64,000 nucleotides of DNA, taken from assembly GCA_965202585.1 (NCBI GenBank), contig OZ241834.1, forward strand, positions 37,262,001 through 37,326,000. Reading direction: 5' to 3'. Each line of letters begins with the position of its first letter. Position 1 is the first letter of the stretch. Positions 27,201 to 40,900 of the stretch are shown here, one piece after another. The DNA comes from Thalia democratica (lineage: Eukaryota). The notes beneath the pieces were generated by a model. The model saw only the letters and a list, made by a program, of their open reading frames with translations. It ran no database searches and was not told the origin of the DNA. The position numbers were made by a program, and so were the translations under genes.

Positions 27201-28913
27201 GAACTTCAATCACTATTTCTTATAATGTTTTGATGGTTATTTTTTTAACACTAAACAATAATTATATCATAACTTTTGTTGTGCTGATACTATTTAGAGT
27301 TGCCACTGTAACTAAAGCTTAGAGTATTTAAAATTTTTCAAACTAAACAAAGAAATTCATAGCTGAATATAAGAGCCTAAATAAGGATAATTTTTGTAAA
27401 ATTTGATAGCAATAAATAATTATTACAGTATTTTTTTGTGATAAAAAAAACTTAATAAAGTAAACAACACATACTTTTAATCTCTAAAAAATGTTGAAAA
27501 ACTAACAACGAAAGTGATATCATACAGTTCTGAAAAACTTATTTACAAACTTAAACTAATATGTATACTTTTCACTTAATTATATGCAATAAGAATACAT
27601 CTATATAAAATACAAAAATTTAAAGTTTTTTACAATAAACATTTTAGTTTGATTGTTGCTAAAAACTTAGTACATATAACAAAAATGACTTTTTACATTT
27701 ATAATTTTTCATCAGTCACACAAAATGCAGAGATATTTATATAAAAAATATATACAAACGACTACTTTAAACGAGTTTTTTAAATATTTTTATGAAAAAG
27801 TTGTTTAACAAAAACTTACAAAAAAAAAACAATTTTTTACAAACTCTATTTAAAGTTGAAAAAAAAAATGCATATTTTTAATTGTAAATGCTATCATGCA
27901 GATCACGATATACTTAGAAATTTTTTTTTTTAATTAAAAAAGCGTTTAAAGTAGTTATGCGATTAAACCAAAAATAACATAAACTTAAATTGATAGTTAC
28001 TAAGTTATCTTTAATCCAAGATTAAGTTTTAAATTAGATTAGGGTTTGATAGGTCAAAAAAAGGTTTTAATATAAAAAAATATTTTAATAAGTTTTTAAA
28101 TTGTAGCAGATAAAAACTGAAACAATAAGTACTTTAAATATTAACCGATACTAATCTATAGATGACGCAGTTAGATCGCAGTTTGCCGACATCTGATGAA
28201 CGACATCAAATCAAGAAGAACCTAGTTAAAGTTAAAGCTACTAGACAATCATACTAATATTAAGCTCACGGTTTAAAACTTTTATTAAATGTAAAAACAT
28301 AGGCAGTGGGCTTGAATAAAAGTGTTTACTATCTTAGAGTATAATAACTAAATAGCATTTTAAGATTTATTTTTATTCAAGTTTTTTCTTATATGTTATT
28401 GATATATATAGAAATAGTTTTATTTTTTTCATAAGTCAAATTCTATTCTGAAACTTGTTTTTAAACCAAAAGTGAATTATACAATGATTATTTAAAATAT
28501 AGTTATTAATAATTAAATTCAATTTATACTTAAAATTTACAATGTTTTAATATTTTTATCACATTTATATGTAAAAATTTAACAGTTTTAACGTATTTAG
28601 TACGTTTACCAAATTTTAATTTTACGATGAAAGATTTACTTTTTACAAAAAAAAAGTGTTTTTATATGTGTATTTATGTAAATTTTATATTCTGAAATGT
28701 GCAAAATATTGTTTTAGAAGTATTAAGTTGATGGCTAATTTAACGGAAAACTTGAATGTTAGCTAATATGAAACAATAGTCTTGAATTGAGAGTAAAAGT
28801 AAATAAAGTTTTTGTAACAACACAGTGTGTTAAACAAACATTATTTTGCCGCAGGCGTCTGTAACGTATGATCATTTATATTTATAAACTGCTCAAACTC
28901 ATTTCTCATGTGC

Positions 28914-28985
28914 GGGGATATAGCTCAGTGGTAGAGCAATCGTCTGCAGATCGATAGGTCCTTGGTTCAAATCCGAGTGTCCCCT
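28914..28985 (+). tRNA. tRNA-Cys (GCA)
   Basis: GGGGATATAGCTCAGTGGTAGAGC...CTGCAGA...GGTTCAAATCCGAGTGTCCCCT; acceptor and T stems pair; T-run terminator at ~28989; one T-T mismatch in the anticodon stem. Confidence 0.9.
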
Positions 28986-30463
28986 CCCTTTTTTAAACCC
29001 AAAGATTTACAAACGAAATTCTAAGTACTCTAGAATCATAACAAAAACATTTCAATAAAAAAATTTGCTATACGTGAACTTGAGAAATTAGAATTTTAAT
29101 TTTGAACCGCCAGATTTACCGTTGGGTTCAGCTATATATTTCGATCCAAAAAGCGACTTTTTCTTATGTTAGTGGTTTGTAACAAGTGATTACGTCAGTA
29201 TGTTGTTACGTCATAAATAGTTTAAAAGAACTTGAATTCATCGAACTTAGTTGTCTCTAGTTTTTAGTACTATCTCATTTTAAATATTGTCACGTAAACT
29301 GCATAAATTTTATATTATTGTTAATATACTGTCCCGCAACCCTATGACGTCATAAAGGTTTTCCTATAGATTGCGTACAGTCACGCGGGGCGTCTATGAC
29401 GAAAACGGTTGAAAAATAAAATGTTCTTAAACTACTTAGTAATTGTAACTAATACATATTAAATAATAATTTTTATTTCTGTAAACGCACTTTAACTTTA
29501 ACCAATTAGAATTGTTATAAATGTTAAAAGTGTTAAAAATGTATAGATTTAACAGAAAGTAGATTTAAAATATAAGTTTATTGAACAACAAAAAAAACGC
29601 TCAAAATATTTGGTCCTAAGACCTGGTGCACGAAAAAACTTTTCGGTTATCGAGTCCTACATCACGAATACCTTTTAACGTCCTTTCCAGGACTATAAGA
29701 GAAACCGTAGCAAATATTTCACAAAAATAAAAAAAATCAATCTGGTTAAACTGACACTACTTTTTAAAGCAGAAGTAACAAAACTGTTTTTAAAACCGTT
29801 ATAGACCGATAAAATAACTACTTTCAAAAACTTTTAAAAGTTATTTGAAGTAATAACAAACAAGCTTGATTGTTGTTTACACTATATTTACTGTAAAGTT
29901 TTCTTTTTATATAAAAATATTCTGACTGTTGAGATCTTAAATTAAAAGATTGATACTTATGAACATTGATATCTCGGACAAGACGTTATCTATTTCCGTG
30001 GTGTATGACTCGATGACCGAAATATTCTTTTCTTTCAATAGATCCTTAGATACCGGGATTACTTTTTTGTCGTTCAATAAACAGCTTAACTGATTTGATA
30101 TTTATAAGAACTTCACATGAACTAGTATAAGTAACAATGCCAGTATTAATAAAACGTATGAAGATAAAACAAAACAGTCAGAAACTATCGGTGGTGCAAA
30201 TCGCGAAACAAAAATATATAATCAGTTGAATGACAAAAAAGTTCCAACGACCTGGTTTACAAAAAAACCCAATAGTCATACACTACGGATACAGTTTAAA
30301 GTTTTTCCAGGACAACAGTCCAGAAAGAAAATAGATGCTTACTTAGAAAAAAAAAAACATTTTGACGAGATCTTAGATACCGTACAATTCTGTAAATAAA
30401 AATGTCTGTAAAGATACTTCCATACTGAAAACCATCTTATAAAGTAAACCTACACAAGCATTT

Positions 30464-30781
30464 TGGATTGGTGTCACTTTTGCACAAAGAATTTTGCAAA
30501 AAAACACTTTAACACGAGTTGTCATTTTTGTACTTGGTCAATTTTGCACGATGCATCACTTTTGCACAGGGTCAGTTTACCACCAACTTAAATTTAATTA
30601 AAGTTAATTGGTAAGCATTTTCTCCTGCCGGCTTGGAGAGCGGCCGGAAACGATTGTAACGGAGTTTTACTACCACTGCTACACCTAACCCTTACCCTTG
30701 GTCGGTAACTGACGAATTGTTCTAAAATAGACGCCGTGCAAAAATTTCTTTGTGCAAAACAGACTCGTCCCTGAGTATTTT
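30464..30781. mobile_element. MITE-like element of the same family as 40127-40608
   Basis: gtcacttttgcac repeats at the left end, gacgccgtgcaaaa...tgtgcaaaac at the right end, GC-rich core with cctaacccttaccc. Confidence 0.6.
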
Positions 30782-33700
30782 ATATATTTCTTTATTTTTA
30801 AACTACTTTCAGAGATGTGGTCCCTTCAAAATTTTTTATAAGAATTTAATTTGTTGTTAATTGTTAATCATGTAACTCTAAAACTAAACAAAACGATTAA
30901 AAGTTAGTTTAATAAGATATAAATAATTGACTACTGCAATTAAAAAATTTCAAATAATATTCTTAATAACATAACACCGCTGGCCGATTAGAATCTTGGA
31001 TTACCAACAAATGAGTTGAAACAAAGTATTTATGTTGGTTGGTACTTTGAATATCAAAGTTTTTACTTCTAAATTTTAAAACCAAAAGTTAGCTTCGTAA
31101 AAAAAGTACTATTTAAAAGAACATTGCTACATTCAATTATTTATTACTATAGAATTGTCTTTTAAAGCCATGTAAATTGAATAAGAAAGATTTCGACAGA
31201 CTATTTTTTGTTGAGAAATACAGTATATAAACTTTATTGTGTCTTTATATTTAAAAAACCTTTTTCTTTTAAACCATGAGAAAAGTTTTGATTTTAATAG
31301 CTTTGATTACATTTTATTTTAAAAGAAAGAAAAGTCTAAAAACATTTAGATTGCTGAAGTAAAAAAGTGTTAACAAAATTGATGACAGTCATACTATATA
31401 GACAACGATGGCACATTTTTTTGCAGATAGTTTGGGAATTTTTAGGTTTCATTAAAAAAAATACTTAAGTGTCTAGTACATAAGCATTTATATACAACAT
31501 TTAGAACTTCATGTAAAAAATTTAATGTAGTTTCACTTTTACTGATTTAGTATAGGAATTATAGAATACAAAAAAAAAAAACATTTTTAAAATATTTTTT
31601 AATGCATTCTATATAAAAAAAGTTTATTTTTTAGTGTTGTTACAGTTTTGAATTGACTCTTTGTCAAGGAAAAAAAACAAGTTAGATGAAAAAAATTTTG
31701 ACAAGAATTTTTTCGTTTGTTGTAGTTATTTAATTTTATTTTTTATCAATGTTTGACAAATACAGCTCGTTAGCCTGAGTAAAGCCGTAAATATTGTTTT
31801 ACATATCCGTGGTGAGCATAATCGATAGTCTACAGGTTTTTTGTGCACCATTTCCTAGGACCAAGTATTTTTTGCGTCTTTTTTTACCTTCAATACTATT
31901 TTAATAAGTAAAGTTAGTTTTAATGCACCTACGAGATCTCTGAGCTAAGTTTAGTTTGCTGAGTAAACTTTTGAAAAAATTTAAAATATATTTCTCCTTT
32001 AAATTAAAAAAAAGTGTTTGAATAATTGTGGTTGATAATTTAGCAATTAGAAACTGTAGTTTCGAAAATACAATTTTACTTTAAAAGTTTGGGACAAATT
32101 TTAAATAATCCAATTTAGTTGCACACTTTGTTATGATTCCATTGTAGTAATATAAGAAGCTAATTCATTACCATGCTTTGGAAGTTGTCCAAATTATCCT
32201 GGGAATAAAATAAAGCATGAAAAACATTAAGTAAATTGATTATTCAATGTCAAGGTTTCTTTTTAATGAAAAGTTTATTTTTTTATGAAATTTTTACACT
32301 ATGGTGTTCGAAAATACTAGATATTTCTTGTACATTTGAATATGAAGATGTTCATTCAAATCTCATTTTAGTAAAAGTGTTAGTGAAATGTAGACAAAAC
32401 GTAGAAATTATTTTGTAATTTAAAGCAGCTTTAAACTTAGAAAAAAAGAAGTGTTCTACACTAAGTTTGAATTTACTATACACCTTATTTCAGAGGTCAC
32501 TTGTAGTTATAAAAGCAGAACCTTATTTTTGAAAAATTTCCTACATTTACAGTTATGAGATTTATATACATGTTATTAAATAACTTTTGCAAGTTAATTG
32601 TCTGATTAAAGTCAATCTATTCATAAGTTATAAACCAATTTAGTTAGTATTAAGTACAATTTTACACCAAAGATACCCACAAATTAATAGACTCCCTATT
32701 TGACTGCAGTAAGAGTGTAATTAAAATATTGTTGCGTCATAAAAACTGAAGAGATTGACTTGAACTAAAGATGCTGTAAAATAAAGGTTATCAATATAGA
32801 ACATATTGATAATACTGCACATATAGAATTTTTCATTGCTATATGTGCAGTAACTTTGGAAATAGTAAGGTACTTAGCTAAAAATGAAACTTTACTGATG
32901 AGAAACAAAAGTTTTTTAAGTACCTATATAATTTTTCTTAACTTTAAGTGCAGTAATTTTGTTAATTTTTATTTGATCTGAACTCTACTTCCATCAAACG
33001 TACATCACAAATGAAAAATTATCAATCAGGTTAGAAATAATAATTTATAAAGATATTTAATAGTACATATATATTTTTTTTAAGTAATAGTGCTGTAAAT
33101 GTTTTAAAAATAAGGTTTGTTTTTAAAAGATTTCTGAAATAATACTTTATTAATGGATCAACGTGGAATTAAGACACAGTTTTAAAAAATTATTCATTAT
33201 TTATCAGTTTCTTAACTCTCTGTGCAGTACAACAATAAGGTTTTTATTCAGAGCTGCACTCTACTGACCTCTAAAAAGAATTGTAATACGTGGGATTAAA
33301 AAATTTAAAATTTTAACAAAACCAAGTTTGTTTAAAAGAGTACTCTCATAACTTTCTTTTTATTGTTTAAATGTATACATGGTTATTTTATTTATAAAAC
33401 CTTTGACTACGTCTTGTTTGGTTCAATGCAAACCATAAAGTTATTCAAATTTGTTTTTATGACAAACATGCTAGAACTACTAAAGATAGTTTTTATTGAA
33501 AGATAAATTTACCTTTAAAGTGCACAGTAGGTTGTATAAGTCAGCAACTTACTTGTGAAAACAAAAAATAGAAAGTTTTATAACAGTTTGAACTTGCTTC
33601 TTTGGCATTAGTTACTGTTTAGCTAAAAGGCATGTCTGGTTCTAAAAATTATTGTTTGACCAAATTTAGTCAGTGCCAGCCTCTGCTACAAAACAATAAA

Positions 33701-34938
33701 TATTTTGATTAAAGAAAAAAAAAACATTGTCATAATACTTTGAGCTAAGAAAAAACTTGTGATTAGTAGACAGGAAGAATATCAAATTAGAACTAATCAT
33801 TTAAGAATTGAACAATCCTTAATTTTTAACCCAGTTTTAATGGTTTTTATTTTAGATTAAAGGTAAGTTACTTATAGGTTATAAAGTAAGATCTCTAGAT
33901 CAAATTATTTTAATAATTTTTTTGACCTTAATAAAAAGTAAATTAGAACAAATTATATAAAAGACAGAAACTTCTAAGCTTAGAGTTTGTTTCAATGAAG
34001 GATGTTAAAAAAGTTTTATAAACTAGAAAAAAGTTTTTAATGACATATAATGTTTTTAAACTTATAAATAGGAAGCTAGAGGGAAAGATCACAAATAATA
34101 GTATTGACATGAAAGCTTAAATTAAAGCTACAACAAAATTTGAAATATTCAAATAGCTTTTGATGAAAAGTCCTAAAAGTTCCAAAAAGCTTTCAATTCA
34201 AAGGTGCTGAATGAAATGCAGTTTTTTCATTGTCAATCTATTGGAAGTTTAAAGTTCATTTAAAATATATTTCTCATTTTGGTATCAGCTAACCATCTTA
34301 AATTCACATTAAATGTTCCTTAAGAGTTAAAAATAATTTGATTGATCAAACTTAAAAAACCTAAGAAATTTAGTTTTCAACAAAAAGTTGAAAATGTGGA
34401 CTTTCAAAATACTGATACTTTATTTTAATTAATTAACTTTTAATCTAGAACAATAAGTTAAGTATTGGTAATAAACTAATTGTAAACATATAAAAAATCT
34501 TGTTTAAAAAATAAGGGCCAAAAAAAAAATAGTTTGAATAATCATTGGACTTTGATCCCTTGATCTTGAAAATTTTTGATTGCCTATTTGAAAGTTTTAC
34601 CATAAAACTACAAAATAAGATTAAATAGTAAAAAAAAGACATTATTTCTCTATTGCCTTCATCTTTTATTTATAAAGTTGGTTAAAAAAAAATAATTTGT
34701 TGTAGGTAAATTAGGAATTAAGTTGCAGTTGTATTGTTACAAATAAAACACTACAGACAGAAAAATAAGTATTAATTTTAAATAATTATAATTATCTGTC
34801 ATTATAATAGTTAAATACAAATAAAGTTATACCTGTAAGTTATAGTTTATTTTAAGTATGAAATGCAATGATTTAAAAAAGCAACATAAAAACAATATGA
34901 TTTTAATAGAGTTTTTATCTAATTTAAAGAAATATAGA

Positions 34939-34977
34939 ATGGCCAACAACTTGGATGATGACTCTTCAGCAGAGGAG
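34939..34977 (+). CDS. TTC39B: TTC39 exon 1 (MANNLDDDSSAEE)
   Basis: ATG, acidic N-terminus, donor gag|gttgtt, phase 0, in frame with exon 2. Confidence 0.75.
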
Positions 34978-37900
34978 GTTGTTTTTATTAAAAAAATAAT
35001 TTTCTTAGTATAAAAGGCTATAAATTTTGTTTAATATTTTATAAATGCATTACAGCTTGCGTTTTATTTTACATAATTTATATATTTGTTGTTAAATTTT
35101 TTAAATTTTTATGTAGACAAAAATTTTTTGTAATTTTTATGCAATTATATGATTATAAATTTTAAAATACCAAAATAATAAACTACTTTAGAAATTAATT
35201 TAGTTGAGTGAGAACGTATTAAGTAGATTAAAGATTAAACTGTTTTAAATATCTTTAAAAATAATATTCTGAGATTGTTTGTTGAGTTTGTTAATATTAA
35301 ATGTATATGTTTGTAGCGGGAAGACCTTCAGGACTGACACCTTCATGTATTCGAAGATTATAAACAACTGTTATAAATATTTTAATAATAATTCAATTAT
35401 TAAACATATTGATGGTAAAAAGTCTGAAAAGTTTATTAGAAAAAATAATTTACAATCACCATGTTATCCACAACACAATCATATTTCAAAACTTTGTGTA
35501 CTCAGCAGTTTTAAGTAACATTTATTATAATTCATCTTATAAATATTCTAGTGGGAAGACGCCACAGGATTAACACCTTCAGCAGGAAATTCAATGAGCT
35601 TGTCATCCGCAATCAAAGATGTTGACAACGCGATCAACCTGTTCTTCAACAATCAGTTTGGTGAGGCCAAGAAACTCTGCGCTGAAAAGTTTGTTTAGAT
35701 TTATTTTTAAAATTAATCAACTTCTACATATTTGTTCTCTGCACTGAAAAGTTTTTGATATGTTAAGTGTAATATATAAGTATTAGTTTAAAAATTGGCA
35801 GCCTTGACCATTGAACAAATGCTATATATTTGTTCCCTGCTCATAAACATTTGTAATATAACAAGTTGATTACATATTATGAGATCAGGGGTTGGCAGCT
35901 TTTTAAAATAAATATTTTTAAATGATTAAAACAGCTTACTTTTGGCTACATTTTTCTAGAAATATATTTTTGGCGACATATTAGTTTATAAGTATTGCTC
36001 TAAAAAACAAAAAAAAAGAAGAAATACAGTAATAAATTAACTTTTGATATTTGAATGTTCCCCCTAGGCCACAGATTGCTGCACTATAAATTCTTCAAAA
36101 GTTGTAAAATCACTTTGTATGATGAATTTTAGAAGAAACACTTTTAGAACATTAATAAGTCCAGAATAATTAACAATATAAGAAAAAAATTGTGAAAAAA
36201 ATAGTAGTTTGAAAATTTATGGTAAAAAAAGTAAGATTTTTGCAATAAAAAAGAATTCTGTCTAAACCAAATAATACAACTAATGCAATTTTGATTATTT
36301 ACTGCATCATTTTAAATAATTATAAATAAACATTTATTATAATTAACCACAGATCATCAACAAGTATTTATCACTCTATTGGAAAATCGACTTTACTTTA
36401 TTTAGAAGCTGTTATGACCTTTGACGCTGTAAGTTTTGATATTTTTACATATTTTTGAATTTTTTTGATTTTGAAATAAAACTGTCATTTGCCATGTATA
36501 TAAAAATTTTTTCACCAGTTTAATGTTGTTAAAACTTAATGATAAAACAAGTTACAATAAAGAAAGTTTTTACCTTACTCGTTCTATAAAATAATACAAA
36601 ATATTTATTATAGTTATCCAAGTATAACAAATTAATTATAGCCTATAGTTTTTTATACTTTTTCAAAGTAATTGATTTAATATAAACAGGTTAAGTAAAA
36701 ACATTTTAATATTTTCACCATATCTTATTATAACTAAAAACAAAGAGCAATATTAAAAATAAGTTGTTATTTATTTAAACTTTATTTGTTTTTTTAATTT
36801 GAAACTTTTTTTTACTAGAAAGACATCGAAGTTGCTATTACAAGTATTAAACAAGGACTCTCACTATGTGAAAAGTTAGTTTTATTTTTTATTAAATTGA
36901 AAGTATTAATAATTTCCACTATATGAAAAAGTTAGTTTTATTTGTAATGTAGTAAAAAAATTTAAAATAATTCACTAAGTAAAAAGTTAGTTTTATTTGT
37001 AATAAAGTAATAAAGTTAAAGAAATAGTCTTCTATAAAACTGATTAAAATATTAGTTGCATTTAAAATTTATGAGCTTCGATAAATAAGCTCAAACATTT
37101 TTTTTTTGTGAATGTTATTTATAAACTTAAACGAACTAATGATTTGTTGTGATTTGTTTGTGATGATACAATGACTACATTTTTTGTCTGATATTTCTTA
37201 AAAATCAATTTTTACTTTTATGCAAAACAGCCCTAATTCTTCTATTGACAGTTTTTGTGTTTTAGTAACAAAGTTGAGGGTTTACCACTAAAACTTAAAC
37301 TTTGACTGCTGATTTTTAGTTTTCTAGTTTCTTAAACTGATAGTATAAATGTAAAAACGAATGTTGGAAAGCATAATTAATTACATTTAATGTTTTTATT
37401 TAAATTAAATTTAAAATTTAAAATAAATTTTTAGTTATAGTTGAAAATACTTAGATCCTTTTGTTTAAACAAAGCTTGGTGTAAAACATTTTTAGATATT
37501 AACTTATACTCTAATTACTAACATAAAACTTAGTTAAACAAAAAAAAATACAGCATGAGAAAAAAGCAGAACTTAGTGGGAAGATTGGTGGGAACCTCTA
37601 CAAACACTTACACTGAAGGTAATTTTTACTTTTAATTTGAAATATATTATTTAAGCATTACCAAAAAAAATAAGCTTCAAGTTAGTATTAAAATGTAATT
37701 ATAATGGTACTTATTTAATGTCCAAGAAAAGTGGAGATAATGGTACCTTTTAGATGTGTTTTTAGAAGTTTTGAAAATAAACATGTTGATAATGCCACAG
37801 TGAGGCTCATTTGAACGTAAAAAAGTTGATTTAAAATTATTACAATTGTATAATCTGTTCTTCTTTATCTAAATCTAATGAACAAAACAAGTTCAAATTT

Positions 37901-40900
37901 ATTTAATTAATGCATAATAGTTTACATTCTCTGAGTTAAAGTTCACAAAATTTAAACTCCAACATTAAAAATAGTTTGTTAAATATATATTTTAATAATT
38001 TTTTAAAAATATTTTTCTGACCTTAACTTTTGTTTATTAAAGATCTGCTAAGTTTTTTGATTGAAAAAAATTCAAATAAGTTATTGAAATATTGCCTTAC
38101 GAAAATCTAATAAGAGTTTGAACTGTTGTAAGTTAAACTGTCTTGTAACTCTATGATACAGTTATTAAGTATTTTTTAATTAAGTTTTATATTTTTTAGA
38201 TGAATTACATGCAGAAGTAATTTATGCCGAACTGAATTTATTCTACGCAATGCTCACTTTTATACAGGTTGTTTAGATTATAATTAAAAAGTTTGTAAAA
38301 ATAATAATTTTATAAAATTGTTTAAGTTACAGTTGTTATTTTAAAGCAGAAGTCAATTAAGTATGTTACGCCTTCGTAATTTTGTTTCAAAATTATATTG
38401 TACACTGTTTTTTAATATTTTACATTACTAGTTTAAAAAACAGTAATTTAGTGCTACTGATTGTAAAAACAATTCAATCAAATAGAAATTTACCACTTTA
38501 ATGCATCTATAATTTAAAACTGCTATTATAAGATGTATTTAAAATAATTTTATAAATGTAAAAAATTAAATAAAAAGCTTAACAAAAAAAGGTACAAAGT
38601 CTACATAATGATAGGTTAATTTTTTAAAAAATAATTTATATTTTTTTTATAGGACGAAAGCGTGATGAATCTTGTAAAAGGAGCGTTGAAGATGAAACAA
38701 GGTTACAACAGCTACAAGAAATGCGAATGTTTGGACCAAGACATGACAAACATGTGTAATAACAAGCACTTCCAAGGAGCCATAAACCTCGGCTGTGGTT
38801 GTTTTAACATTGTTAGTTGTTTTGTTAGTTGAACACAAAGTTGATTAATTAAAGACATTTGTTAAACCAAAACTTTAACAATTGTCTTTAAAAGAACCTA
38901 CAAACATTTTCAAATATTGTTACCTATTGGCTAGGGCTGTTTAAACATTGTTACTTGTTTTAATAATCATAATTAGAAAAAAATAACAAAAAACCAAAAC
39001 TGAAACGTTTATTAAGACTTTGTTTTAATAATTACCTGGAAAATAACTTACAAGTATCTAGCCAATAAAACTTTTAAATGGTTTTTTAAAGTTTACTTTT
39101 TTTAGTGTGAATAAAAAAAAAATTGTCAGAGTATTTCTTAAAAAGAAGTAAAAAAATGTATATTTTCTTTTTGTATGCTAACTATGTAAATGTTTTCTGA
39201 TAAGACAAACCTAATGTTTAAAAAAAAGATTTGGTGAAATTTATTTTAATCTAATTGTCTGCACCCAGTTATTTTCAGTTATACATTCTTGGTTAATATT
39301 TTTTCTTTATATTTGAATAAAAATTGCTATAAACAAGTACATGAATATTTGTTCTATAGGGCATGTAATTTTTACATTATAAAGCAAGGTTCCCTAAAGT
39401 GAACCATTTTGCCACCTTGGGGGCAATTATAGAATTTTAGGGGGCCATAAGCAGCAAAGGGGCTAAAGAGGGGGGCATGAGCAGTAAAGGGGCCCCATGG
39501 GGGCTATGAGGCCATAATTTGAAACTCATACTAGATATTCTGGAGTTGATGGTGAAGAGCAGATAAAAAATAAGGTCCTAGGTATATTTAGGGGACACTA
39601 AATATTGTGGGAAGTCATAAGGTGTAAAAGAGGGAGTCATAAGGCCATAATTTTAAACTTACACCAGATATTCTGAAGTTGACGGTTAAGGGGAAAAAAT
39701 TAAGTGAATTTAGGGGAATTTTTTTGAGAGATATTGTTGGAGGGGGCCATTGCTATTTTTATTTCTTTAAAAGGAGGCTTTAAAAAATAATCTTAGGGAA
39801 ATCCTGTTAAAAAGTCATATCAATAATAAAATTTATATTAAACTTATAATAAAGATAATAAGTAATTTATCTTTTAGGGAATGTCATTACTACCAGCCAG
39901 AGTAGTGGCAATACTGAAGTGGATAGGCTTCGATAGCGACAAGAAAATAGGATTACAACAATTAAGCGATTGTTACCTGAACTCAAACGTGAGGAGTTCG
40001 CTTTCTTCACTGTTCGTACTTGGCTATCACCTGTTCATATGTTCGTTTGTCGGTTAGTTGATGTTGATATTTGTATACTTTTATTTTATTGTCTTCGTTG
40101 TTCGTACTTGGGTGTCACCTTTTCATGGGAACGGGTCACTATTGCACGAGGGGACACTTTTGCACGAAGGGTCACTTTTGCACGAAGGGTCACTTTTGCA
40201 CGAGGGGACACTTTTGCACGAGGGGACACTTTTGCACGAGGGGACACTTTTCACGGCAACCTTTTTCACGCAGGGTCACTTTTGCACGAAGGGTCACTAT
40301 TGCACGAGGGGACACTTTTGCACGAGGGGACACTTTTCACGGCAACCTTTTTCACGCAGGGTCACTTTTGCATAAAGAATGGACTTAAAAAGGTACGCTC
40401 CAACGTTAGTTACGCGTAAAGTACGCACTAAATCTCGAAATAAACAAAATAGAAAGTTTTATGAAGTACTTGACGCGGATACGTACTTGAGGGAGGTGCG
40501 TACCTCTTAAAGTGCTTTCTACAAAAGTGACGCCGTGCACAAGTGACCTTGTGTGCAAAAATGTCCCCTCTTGCCAAAGTGATGCTCGTGTAAAATAGAC
40601 ACCTACCCAGTTGTGGACTCAAAGACTGAAAAAATAATATAATTTTCCAGGAACAGCGGAACTAGAATGCGACGTTGAACTTTGCACGTCGATAGTTGAC
40701 AAAATGCTGAACAAATACCCGAACGGAATTTATTTTCATTTCTTTGCCGGCAGAATTCAACAATTTGTTGGTGATTTCGACAAGGTAAGAATTGAGTGGT
40801 GAAATCTAAAATAAAACATTAAAACTTGTATTCAGCAATTTGTTATAGATTTTGACAAGGCTAGAGAGTTAATTAGAAAAATAAAAAACACCTTATACAG

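Noticed and set aside
32814-32851. 13-bp perfect hairpin actgcacatatag / ctatatgtgcagt
   Set aside because: Isolated short stem with no supporting context
38647-38838. Minus-strand 63-aa ORF
   Set aside because: Antisense shadow of TTC39 exon 7
39970-40419. Three overlapping ORFs with periodic peptides (ARGDTF, LLHEG, GHFCT)
   Set aside because: They are translations of the 19-20 bp tandem repeat of a MITE, partly overlapping TTC39 exon 8 out of frame
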